DNA from: a virus
IMG/VR virus record: IMGVR_UViG_3300029247_000019
Direction: 5' to 3' (one strand)
DNA length: 32,405 nucleotides
Part shown: positions 9,269 to 15,909 of the stretch, piece by piece
Layout of the letters: each line of letters starts with the position of its first letter
Numbering within the stretch: position 1 is the first letter of the stretch
Position numbers and translations under genes: made by a program
Notes under the pieces: model-generated
Databases searched by the model: none
Told to the model about the DNA's origin: nothing
Seen by the model: the letters and a program-made list of their open reading frames with translations, nothing else

Positions 9269-9976
9269 ATGGGAATCATTGATAATGCCTTGACCCGCGC
9301 GCTTGAGATAGCGGCGGACGACAGCCACGGCTACGATCAGGCCAACCGCTGGGGGCCTGACTACGATTGCAGCAGCCTTGTGATCTCGGTATACAGAAAG
9401 GCCGGGGTTCCCCTCAGCTGCACCTACACGGGCAACATGCGCGGGGACATGCTGCGCTGCGGCTTTGAGGACGTGACGGGCAGCGTCGACCTCTCGACCG
9501 GCGCGGGGCTTGAGCGTGGGGACGTGCTCCTGAACCACGTCCATCACACCGCCCTGTATATCGGCGGCGGACAGATTGTGCAGGCAAGCATTAACGAATA
9601 CGGCACTGTGACCGGAGGGCAGACCGGCGACCAGACCGGGCGCGAGATATACACGCGCGGCTACTACAACTATCCGTGGGACTGCGTACTGCGCTACACC
9701 GGGGCAGAACCGGACACGGTGCCGGCCGCAAAGAAGCCGACACGCTATGTCACCGTCGAGCTGCCCATGCTGGAGGACAGACAGACGGGCGTAGTCGTCG
9801 CCATGCTTCAGGCAGCGCTGAAGTATCTCGGCTATGATCCTAAGTGGATCGACGGCGAGTTCGGAACCAGGACGCGCAACATGCTCATGGCCTACCAAGC
9901 AGAGCACGGGCTTGAGGTTGACGGCATCTGCGGCGCGGCCACGTACAAGAGCTTGATAGGAGGTGGACAGAAATGA
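9269..9976 (+). CDS. Endolysin: NlpC/P60- or Amidase_5-type cysteine peptidoglycan hydrolase with a C-terminal PG_binding_1 domain
   Basis: ATG at 9269 after GAGGAGG. Candidate catalytic Cys in YDCSSLV and His in HHTALYIGGG, plus GGQTGDQTGREI. C-terminus LGYDPKWIDGEFGTRTRNMLMAYQAEHGLEVDGICGAATYKSL matches the PG-binding repeat. Confidence 0.85.
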   Translation: MGIIDNALTRALEIAADDSHGYDQANRWGPDYDCSSLVISVYRKAGVPLSCTYTGNMRGDMLRCGFEDVTGSVDLSTGAGLERGDVLLNHVHHTALYIGGGQIVQASINEYGTVTGGQTGDQTGREIYTRGYYNYPWDCVLRYTGAEPDTVPAAKKPTRYVTVELPMLEDRQTGVVVAMLQAALKYLGYDPKWIDGEFGTRTRNMLMAYQAEHGLEVDGICGAATYKSLIGGGQK

Positions 9977-10060
9977 CGAAAATTCTGACATGAACCGGCG
10001 CGGCAAATAACTATATGCACGAAAAACCATGATTTTTGACAACATGAAGGAGAAACAAAA

Positions 10061-10558
10061 ATGAATGCACCTGAAAAAGCCTTGCAGTTCAAGGCATGGA
10101 TCGTCGCCGCTATCGCTTTCCTCACGGCACTGTGGGGCTGGGTCGGCTGGGCGGTTATAATCTGGGTCGCCTGTATAGTCCTCGACTACGCAACAGGAAC
10201 ATGGGCCGCGAAGAGCGCCGGGGACTGGTCGTCCGCCGTAGCAAGAGCGGGACTGTGGCACAAGCTGGGCGAGATCGTCGCCGTGCTCGTGGCAGCACTC
10301 TGCGATATAGCAATTAGTGTAATAATTAACGGTGCCGGCATAGACATCGGCATAACGTTCGGGACGCTCATCACGCCGGTCGTGCTGCTCTGGTACATAA
10401 TCACAGAGCTGGGCAGCATAATTGAGAACGCCGGTAAGCTCGGCGCGCCTATCCCGGAATGGCTCAAAAAATGGCTCAGGAATTACAAAGACAAAATAGA
10501 TTCAGATCACGAGCCGCCCGTTGAAATAATCGAGTCGGACGAAACTCAGAACGAATAA
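10061..10558 (+). CDS. Holin (Phage_holin_4_1 / toxin-secretion holin family)
   Basis: 165 aa with several TM helices. Contains the hallmark ITELGSIIENAGKLGAPIPEWLKKWL. Confidence 0.85.
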   Translation: MNAPEKALQFKAWIVAAIAFLTALWGWVGWAVIIWVACIVLDYATGTWAAKSAGDWSSAVARAGLWHKLGEIVAVLVAALCDIAISVIINGAGIDIGITFGTLITPVVLLWYIITELGSIIENAGKLGAPIPEWLKKWLRNYKDKIDSDHEPPVEIIESDETQNE

Positions 10559-10608
10559 GCGACAGGTGGCGCGTGCACTCGAAGGCCTGCGTACCTACGC
10601 GGGGTAGC

Positions 10609-10633
10609 AACTGCTTCCAAAATGGAAGCAGTT
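10609..10633. repeat. Perfect palindrome AACTGCTTCCA-AAA-TGGAAGCAGTT (11-bp arms) between holin and integrase; attP-core or hairpin candidate
   Basis: Arms checked base by base. No T-run follows on either strand. Confidence 0.85.
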
Positions 10634-10673
10634 ATATAGGCTGCACCCGCAGACACAAAAGAATAGAGAAAAA

Positions 10674-10709
10674 AGAACCGAGCGGGTTATTCCGCTCGGT
10701 TCTTTTTTT
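10674..10709. terminator. Bidirectional rho-independent terminator
   Basis: 12-bp stem AGAACCGAGCGG (10674-10685) / CCGCTCGGTTCT (10692-10703). A-run upstream, T6 downstream. The integrase stop codon (10687-10689) lies in the loop. Confidence 0.75.
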
Positions 10710-12297
10710 GCCTCGGCAGGCTGAAGCAAAGCAGCCCACCATTGATAATAATTCTTGGTACCGGTGGAGCGACACCCGGAATTATTATCAATCCTATTTC
10801 GGGGTCGTCCCAATCTGTATTAAAGTCAAATGTTCCGTCCGGTTTTGCATCCAGCAGCGTCCAGACCCTTATTCTGTCCTTGCCGACCTCTACCCGGACA
10901 ACTACGCTCAGAAGAGCGGGAATATCGTTCGCGGCGACCTTGAGAAGCTCACGGAGCCTGTCCTCGGGAATCGTCGTGCCCTGCGCCTGATTATGCAGCG
11001 TTGTCATTTCGCGGTCGTTCTGCGCCTGCTCGGCCTCCAGCGCGTGAACCGTGTCTATCAGGGACTGACTGTGCATACCGGCAAGCACCGCACTCATGGC
11101 GGCGTCGAGCTGCTTCTTTATCTCGGCCTGCCGGTCAAATAGGGCTTTCATGCGCATAGCCGTCTGCTCCTGAATCTTCCCGCGCTCCTCGCGCAGGATA
11201 CAGATAAGCCCGTCGACATTCTCGGGGTTCCCGAGCATATTTTTGATAGCCTCGGCAATCATGCGCTCGAGATCGTCAACCTTGATAGGCATATTGTCAC
11301 AGGTCTTCTTTCGCTTTTTCTCAGAGCAGGCATAGTAATAATACCCACCCTGCGAGCATGTCACGGACATTGAGGCCTTGCACTCGCCGCAGAACACTTT
11401 TCCCTTGAGCGGGTACTCCCTGACTCTCACAGGCCGCCCCGCCTGCTTGCGTTTGTTTGCCATAAGCTTCTCCTGTACTGTGTCCCAAGTTTCCCGGTCG
11501 ACAATGGCCGGTATCATGTCCTCCATGCGCATCACCGTAGACGCGACGGCATGACTGTTGCGGCTGCCGTCCGGGCGCTTCTGCGTCCGTCCATAGGTCA
11601 GCACACCGATATACTTCTCGTTCTTCAGCAGGTCATGCAGACTGTTAGACCCGAACGTGCCGCCCGACTTCGTGCGCCGTCCCTCGGCGTTGAGCCGCTG
11701 GATGATCTCCCGATAAGACCGCCCGGCGGCATAGTCCCCGAAGATGATGCGCACCGTCTCGGCCTCAGGCTCGCAGACCTCGATCCTGCCGTCGATGACG
11801 ACATACCCGAGCGGGGGCACGCCGCCGGTATACTTCCCCTGCTCGGCCATCCAGCGCATTTTCTCGCAGACCTTTTGCCGGGTCTGCAATACCCACATCT
11901 GATTCATAAGCGCCATGCCGCCCTCTGACATGAACGTCGCAGGGTCGCGCAGATCGCCGCCAATCATCGGCTGAGTCACAGATACCACCCGGACGCCAAG
12001 ACGCTCCAGACGCTCGCGCAGCGTGAACCACGCGGTCATTTTGCGGAACATACGACTTTGATCGTAGATCACGACGGTATCCGCGCCGCCCTCTGAGAGC
12101 AGCCGCATCATGCGGTCAAACTGCGGGCGGGTCTCTTTCATGCCGCTGACAGCTTCATCAGCGAACACATCCAGCACAGGGAGCCGCTGACGCTCGCACC
12201 ACTCTCGGCATTTGCTGACCTGCACTTCGATGCTGTCGGCCTCCTGCCGGTCAGTAGAGAACCGGGCAAGGATATAAGCCCCGTGTGTTAACTTCAT
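10687..12297 (-). CDS. int: Large serine recombinase (phage integrase)
   Basis: 536 aa. N-terminal resolvase domain has catalytic Ser in YILARFSTDRQ. Recombinase domain, Cys-rich zinc ribbon (CGECKA...YYYACSEKKRKKTC) and coiled coil are present. The last ~30 aa look like read-through into the terminator. Confidence 0.95.
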   Translation of the reverse strand: MKLTHGAYILARFSTDRQEADSIEVQVSKCREWCERQRLPVLDVFADEAVSGMKETRPQFDRMMRLLSEGGADTVVIYDQSRMFRKMTAWFTLRERLERLGVRVVSVTQPMIGGDLRDPATFMSEGGMALMNQMWVLQTRQKVCEKMRWMAEQGKYTGGVPPLGYVVIDGRIEVCEPEAETVRIIFGDYAAGRSYREIIQRLNAEGRRTKSGGTFGSNSLHDLLKNEKYIGVLTYGRTQKRPDGSRNSHAVASTVMRMEDMIPAIVDRETWDTVQEKLMANKRKQAGRPVRVREYPLKGKVFCGECKASMSVTCSQGGYYYYACSEKKRKKTCDNMPIKVDDLERMIAEAIKNMLGNPENVDGLICILREERGKIQEQTAMRMKALFDRQAEIKKQLDAAMSAVLAGMHSQSLIDTVHALEAEQAQNDREMTTLHNQAQGTTIPEDRLRELLKVAANDIPALLSVVVRVEVGKDRIRVWTLLDAKPDGTFDFNTDWDDPEIGLIIIPGVAPPVPRIIINGGLLCFSLPRQKKNRAE

Positions 12298-12313
12298 ATG
12301 ATACCCTCTTTCA

Positions 12314-12349
12314 AAGCCCTCGGCATATAGCCGGGGGCTTTTTCTTTAT
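12314..12349 (+). terminator. Hairpin plus T-run, oriented for the + strand, between hicB and int
   Basis: Stem AAGCCCTCGG (12314-12323) / CCGGGGGCTT (12331-12340) with 1 mismatch, followed by TTTCTTT. No T-run on the minus strand, although both flanking genes are minus. Confidence 0.4.
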
Positions 12350-12753
12350 CAAAGGCCGAGCTGCTGCTTGAGCGCGTCCTGAAGCACCTGCGAGAAGTTC
12401 ATATTATGCTCCAGCGCGGCAGCGTTGAGCCATGCGGGGAGCGTGACAGTGCGGTTGACTGAGCGGTTGACACGCGCCTGACGGATGGAGGGCATATACA
12501 CATCCACCAGCACCGCGCGCTCATTCTCGCTGAGTTGAACGGCATTAAGACGCGACGGAGCGGGAATGTCCTCCCCGTCCTCCTCAAGGCCAAAGAGGGT
12601 AATACCAAGCAGCTCACGCGCGGAGAGCAGGGCGTCATCATCATCAACGCCGCTGGTGGCCACATCCAGATCAGGAAACATGACGGAAATCTCTTCGCCG
12701 GGCTCATATGAGAACACGGCAGGATAAATATAACGATCCGGTTTTTTCTTCAT
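12349..12753 (-). CDS. hicB: HicB-family antitoxin with a C-terminal RHH-like DNA-binding tail
   Basis: 134 aa. YPAVFSYEPGEEISVMFPDLDVATSGVDDDDALLSARELLGITLFGLEEDGEDIPAPS matches the HicB-like antitoxin fold signature. Lies directly downstream of hicA. Confidence 0.85.
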   Translation of the reverse strand: MKKKPDRYIYPAVFSYEPGEEISVMFPDLDVATSGVDDDDALLSARELLGITLFGLEEDGEDIPAPSRLNAVQLSENERAVLVDVYMPSIRQARVNRSVNRTVTLPAWLNAAALEHNMNFSQVLQDALKQQLGL

Positions 12754-12790
12754 TCAAAAAACTCCTTTCGATAAGGGAGAGCGGGGGGGC

Positions 12791-12988
12791 TCACCTGAAT
12801 TTGAGCCCCGACTGTCTCTCTATGCTGTCCAATGTCTTGCGTGGGATGTCCTTGCAAGGGCTTTTGACTGTCACACGGCCGGGTTTCGTCGGATGCTTGA
12901 ACTGATGATGACTTCCGACTATGTTCACTTCATACCAACCATCAACGATCAGAGCCGTGATGACTTCTCTTGCTGAGTAGCTCTTCAA
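12791..12988 (-). CDS. hicA: HicA-family mRNA interferase toxin
   Basis: 65 aa from TTG at 12988, 6 nt after AGGAGGG. Contains GSHHQFKHPTKPGRVTVKSPCKDIPRKTLDSIERQSGLKF, a HicA signature. The track ORF extends to 13039 through the promoter. Confidence 0.85.
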   Translation of the reverse strand: MKSYSAREVITALIVDGWYEVNIVGSHHQFKHPTKPGRVTVKSPCKDIPRKTLDSIERQSGLKFR

Positions 12989-13010
12989 CTGTATCCCTCC
13001 TGACAATGTT

Positions 13011-13039
13011 ATTATAACAAATATAATTATATTTGTCAA
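13011..13039 (-). promoter_or_regulatory. Consensus sigma-A/sigma-70 promoter for hicAB with an embedded 20-bp perfect palindrome (operator candidate, 13017-13036)
   Basis: Minus strand reads TTGACA-17 nt-TATAAT (-35 at 13039-13034, -10 at 13016-13011). The spacer contains ACAAATATAATTATATTTGT, which is perfectly self-complementary. Confidence 0.7.
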
Positions 13040-13060
13040 CAGAAACTTGCGGCGCGGAGA

Positions 13061-13639
13061 TTATTTCTTTTCCTGCCACATGGCAACATCGGAGCGAACG
13101 GCGATACCGACCACAACAAGCGTAGCCAGGATGAGCGGCGCGAGCGCCACAACAAAGATGCTTGTGCCGGTGCTTTGGAACAATCCCGCGTCTTTTACGG
13201 ATGCGTCGAAGATCATATAGGCGATGAGGGCGCACACCAGCAGTACACAGACGGCCACAAGAGCATAGACCATGGGGCGGTATGAAGAAAAACGCTTATC
13301 CTTTTCGGCGTCCAATTCCTCCAGCCGCCGGATGTCCCCGGCCTGCCTGACGTTCTCCAATTCGAGCTGGTGTATGCGCTCGGTCAGCTCGGAGACGTCC
13401 TGCGGCTCTCTGAGACCGCACAGCTCATCAAGCGACAGGCCGAACAGGTCGGCAATAGCTGCCTGCTCAAACAGCTTCGGATTGCAGGCAGTTCCGGCGC
13501 TCTGCGTGGCTATGGCGGAGTAGCTCACCCCCGCCGCCTCGGACAGATCATTGAGGGACATGTGATGCTCACTACGGGCGTCGGTTATTTTGCTGTTGTA
13601 CGCATCAAAAAAGGGCTGCAAACGCTGATAAGGTGTCAT
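13061..13639 (-). CDS. Membrane-anchored XRE-family HTH protein (HTH, coiled coil, two C-terminal TM helices)
   Basis: 192 aa, GGGAGGA RBS. HTH region is MSLNDLSEAAGVSYSAIATQ. Coiled coil ELTERIHQLELENVRQAGDIRRLEELDAEKDKR. Hydrophobic helices MVYALVAVCVLLVCALIAYMIF and IFVVALAPLILATLVVVGIAV. Confidence 0.8.
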   Translation of the reverse strand: MTPYQRLQPFFDAYNSKITDARSEHHMSLNDLSEAAGVSYSAIATQSAGTACNPKLFEQAAIADLFGLSLDELCGLREPQDVSELTERIHQLELENVRQAGDIRRLEELDAEKDKRFSSYRPMVYALVAVCVLLVCALIAYMIFDASVKDAGLFQSTGTSIFVVALAPLILATLVVVGIAVRSDVAMWQEKK

Positions 13640-13663
13640 TTCTTATCTTATCCTCCCAGAAAA

Positions 13664-13680
13664 TTTTCGGATTCCGAAAA
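13664..13680. promoter_or_regulatory. Perfect palindrome TTTTCGGA-T-TCCGAAAA just upstream of the RBS of the membrane XRE gene (operator candidate)
   Basis: 8-1-8 self-complementary sequence, about 25 nt upstream of the ATG at 13639. Confidence 0.5.
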
Positions 13681-13856
13681 CCGGGAAACACGATTTGGCA
13701 GAAAATGACCCGGCTTGTCAGAAACAGACGTGGACATTAGCACGCAATATCGGCTAATATACAGATGTGAATATAATGTTAACACCGAAGCCATTTTTTA
13801 GCAAGGAACTATAAGCCCGGGCACACGTAGAAAAACGCGAAAGGAGTTTGAGCACT

Positions 13857-13967
13857 TTGACCAAAAACGACGAAGAGCGGGAGATTCTGAAAGCAGAGAT
13901 CATTAAGCTGCTGCGAAAGGCGACCACATCCGACCTGCGCGCGGTCTATATCTGGCTGACTACATAG
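13857..13967 (+). CDS. Possible small ORF (36 aa)
   Basis: TTG start 8 nt after AAAGGAG. Reads LTKNDEEREILKAEIIKLLRKATTSDLRAVYIWLTT. Followed by a terminator. Weak support. Confidence 0.3.
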   Translation: MTKNDEEREILKAEIIKLLRKATTSDLRAVYIWLTT

Positions 13968-13987
13968 CAAGGCACCCAGCAAAAAAA

Positions 13988-14023
13988 GGAACCCGAATCA
14001 TCACGATTCGGGTTCCTTTTTTT
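13988..14023. terminator. Bidirectional rho-independent terminator
   Basis: 12-bp stem GGAACCCGAATC (13988-13999) / GATTCGGGTTCC (14005-14016). A7 upstream, T7 downstream. The repressor stop codon (14001-14003) sits in the loop. Confidence 0.75.
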
Positions 14024-14393
14024 CTGCCTCGGCAAGCACGTCGGTATAGATTTTTTCGAGCACCTGCCATTCGGGACCGTCAGGCTCATACCGAAGCAGG
14101 ACGCGCACGGCGCGCCGCGCGAGGCTGTCAGGCCTGCCGTTCATAAGGCGCTTGAGGTTACGGGCAAGCTCCTCGGATTCCTCTTCCGGGCGGAACATCT
14201 CACCGGCTCCGGTGCGCAGCCATATCTCATTAACGCCGAACTCACGGCAGATGGCACGAATGGTCTGCTCACTGGGCTTATTTTTACCGGTTTCAAGTGC
14301 ACTACAAGCGGAATTAGAAATACCGAGCCGCTCGCCGAACTTGTCAAGGGTCAGCCCCAAGGTTTTACGGACGGCCTTAATACGGGTGTTCAT
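14001..14393 (-). CDS. CI-like phage repressor (XRE-family HTH)
   Basis: ATG at 14393 follows AAAGGTGG; the track opens at GTG 14405. HTH is LTLDKFGERLGISNSACSALETGKNKPSEQTIRAICREFGV. Divergent from the early operon. Confidence 0.85.
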   Translation of the reverse strand: MNTRIKAVRKTLGLTLDKFGERLGISNSACSALETGKNKPSEQTIRAICREFGVNEIWLRTGAGEMFRPEEESEELARNLKRLMNGRPDSLARRAVRVLLRYEPDGPEWQVLEKIYTDVLAEAEKKEPES

Positions 14394-14417
14394 TGGGCAC
14401 ACCACCTTTCAAGCAGG

Positions 14418-14446
14418 AGTATAAAGGCGCGATTGAAAAAAGTCAA
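14418..14446 (-). promoter_or_regulatory. PRM-like promoter for the repressor gene
   Basis: Minus strand reads TTGACT-17 nt-TATACT, ending 24 nt before the repressor ATG. Confidence 0.5.
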
Positions 14447-14454
14447 GAAAAAAA

Positions 14455-14521
14455 TTCAACTCAATTCGAAAATAATGCTTGACAATCGAACTGAATTGAT
14501 TTATATTCTAATCAAGTTGAA
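14455..14521. promoter_or_regulatory. Three related 16-bp imperfect palindromes (operator candidates): 14455-14470, 14485-14500, 14506-14521
   Basis: O1 is TTCAACTCAATTCGAA. The reverse complement of O3 is TTCAACTTGATTAGAA (13/16 match to O1). The reverse complement of O2 is ATCAATTCAGTTCGAT (12/16). O2 fills the PR spacer and O3 overlaps the PR -10. Confidence 0.5.
14479..14507 (+). promoter_or_regulatory. PR-like early promoter
   Basis: TTGACA (14479-14484), 17-nt spacer, TATATT (14502-14507). Points into the + strand early genes. Confidence 0.6.
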
Positions 14522-14560
14522 AAACAAATCAACTGCAACGTAAAAAGGAGATGGGGAACG

Positions 14561-14779
14561 ATGACCGAGATGCAGGCATTAGGGGAGAAGCTGGATGCCG
14601 TGACCGACCGCCTCGACCAGATCAGCAAGAAGCTCAGCAGGTTAACGGAGCTTCTTATGCTTCTTCCGGAACAGCAGGCGGCGACTTTCATAATAATGCA
14701 GGAAGAAGCGAAAGCCGCCGCCTGGCGCGGACAGAAGCCTACGGATATTTGGGAGGTCACGATTCCGGGGAGACGGTGA
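14561..14779 (+). CDS. Hypothetical early protein (first gene after PR; no obvious HTH)
   Basis: 72 aa, AAGGAG upstream. Coiled-coil-like sequence LGEKLDAVTDRLDQISKKLSRLTELL. Confidence 0.6.
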   Translation: MTEMQALGEKLDAVTDRLDQISKKLSRLTELLMLLPEQQAATFIIMQEEAKAAAWRGQKPTDIWEVTIPGRR

Positions 14780-15092
14780 AGCCAATAATTCTATGCGGCT
14801 CCTCAGGCGGTTTGTCTACGGGAGTCATAAGAACATTGAGCTGATTGATATGCTGCACCAACATCGCGGGTTTGTCTTTCACTGTCCCGCGAAATACCAG
14901 CAGCACAGGCGGCTCAAGAATCACCTCAGAAACGAGCAGGGGATCGGAAGAACCTGAATTGACGCTGACCATGCCGACATCGTGATTAGCGTCAAGGGAG
15001 GCCTGAAACTCCAAGATGTGCCGCATAAGTATTTCAAACTGAGTATCTGCATAGCTCAAATTCGCAGGAGATACGGGAATCTCAAAAGGCAT
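14757..15092 (-). CDS. Hypothetical protein, antisense to the early operon
   Basis: 111 aa with a strong RBS (AAAGGAGGTGA, 7 nt before ATG 15092) and its own TTGCCT-17-TATAAT promoter. The HDVGMVSV...LLVFRG...LVQHINQLNVLM...PHRIIGF pattern resembles a conserved Firmicutes protein family of unknown function. Confidence 0.7.
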   Translation of the reverse strand: MPFEIPVSPANLSYADTQFEILMRHILEFQASLDANHDVGMVSVNSGSSDPLLVSEVILEPPVLLVFRGTVKDKPAMLVQHINQLNVLMTPVDKPPEEPHRIIGFTVSPES

Positions 15093-15096
15093 AAAT

Positions 15097-15154
15097 AATC
15101 ACCTCCTTTCCAGCGGCATTATATCAGACGCGGGAGCGGGAGGCAACGAAAGGA
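15097..15154. repeat. 58-bp dispersed repeat, copy A (51/58 identical to 16263-16320)
   Basis: AATCACCTCCTTTCCAGCGGCATTATATCAGACGCGGGAGCGGGAGGCAACGAAAGGA aligned by hand to copy B without gaps. Confidence 0.9.
15118..15146 (-). promoter_or_regulatory. Promoter for antisense gene 14757-15092
   Basis: Minus strand reads TTGCCT-CCCGCTCCCGCGTCTGA(17)-TATAAT, then 25 nt containing the SD before the ATG. Confidence 0.6.
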
Positions 15155-15162
15155 AGCAGAAA

Positions 15163-15366
15163 ATGAATCGAAAAGATGCGCTTGGAACATTGGAAGAACT
15201 CAGCGAAAGAATAGAGGGCATCGCCGAGAAGATCCGGCGGCTGGACATTGCCCTTTCCTCTATCGTTATGAAAGCTCAGCTGAGCGACTGCCTGCTTGTC
15301 ATCAAGAAAGTAGATGAAGAGAAAGCAAAGGAGATATGGAACGATGAGACGCGAACAGCTGTTTGA
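15163..15366 (+). CDS. Hypothetical early protein
   Basis: 67 aa. AAAGGAAG lies 7 nt upstream, inside repeat copy A. Confidence 0.6.
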   Translation: MNRKDALGTLEELSERIEGIAEKIRRLDIALSSIVMKAQLSDCLLVIKKVDEEKAKEIWNDETRTAV

Positions 15367-15472
15367 TACGGCGCACGAAGCCTTTACTTTTCTGAGAAAT
15401 TACACAAAGCATGGCTGGCTCGGCTACGTCGAGCGGGTCGGTGACAAGTTCAAGCTTGTCATTGCTTGCTGA
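15344..15472 (+). CDS. Hypothetical small protein (42 aa)
   Basis: AAGGAG lies 10 nt upstream. Reads MRREQLFDTAHEAFTFLRNYTKHGWLGYVERVGDKFKLVIAC. Overlaps the previous ORF's end. Confidence 0.4.
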   Translation: MRREQLFDTAHEAFTFLRNYTKHGWLGYVERVGDKFKLVIAC

Positions 15473-15486
15473 GAGGAGAGAAAGCG

Positions 15487-15909
15487 ATGAACATACAAGA
15501 AGCAGTAAAGGCCATTCAGCAGAACGGCGAGGCCATGAGGCGTACCTGTTGGCTCACCACAAGGATAAAGATATGTGAATGCGGGGAATTAGATACTCGA
15601 ACGCGCGAGTGCAAGTGCTGCTACTCTCAGCCGTGCGAATTTGGGGAATGCACCGCGCTGGTTGACGAAAGAGGCAAAATGTGGGAACCGAACATTGAGG
15701 AGCTCACGGCCACAGATTGGGTGGTATGCAACAAGGTCGACGATCGGGTAGCCAACAGACGCGCGAAAGAGTCAGAAAAGCGCATGGCGAGGGACAGGCT
15801 TGAACAGACGGCACGCCTCGAAGAGTGCCACCGGCTGAATATCATAGCCCTGATAACAGCCGGGGCGGCGCTGCTGATAAACGCCGCCCGCGCCATATTG
15901 GGGTTTTAG
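15487..15909 (+). CDS. DUF2829 (Tad2-like) domain protein with a Cys-rich insert and a C-terminal TM anchor
   Basis: ATG at 15487 after GAGAGGAGAG. Matches the DUF2829 edges: MNIQEAVKAIQQNGEAMRRTCW ... MWEPNIEELTATDWVV. Eight Cys lie within about 40 aa. The C-terminus is LNIIALITAGAALLINAARAILGF. Confidence 0.7.
   Translation: MNIQEAVKAIQQNGEAMRRTCWLTTRIKICECGELDTRTRECKCCYSQPCEFGECTALVDERGKMWEPNIEELTATDWVVCNKVDDRVANRRAKESEKRMARDRLEQTARLEECHRLNIIALITAGAALLINAARAILGF

Noticed and set aside
9215-10261. 348-aa minus-strand ORF spanning the endolysin and the start of the holin
   Set aside because: It is antisense to two genes with clear motif support. Its Arg/Ala/Pro/Gly-rich composition is typical of shadow ORFs in GC-rich DNA. 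It has no RBS and crosses an intergenic gap.
10573-11142. 189-aa + ORF overlapping the integrase 3' half
   Set aside because: It is antisense to the serine recombinase. It begins in the attP/terminator region and runs through a terminator hairpin.
12782-12788. G7 (C7 on the coding strand) run between hicA and hicB as a possible phase-variable tract
   Set aside because: It is intergenic and short, and it does not touch either reading frame or the hicB SD. There is no evidence for a regulatory role.
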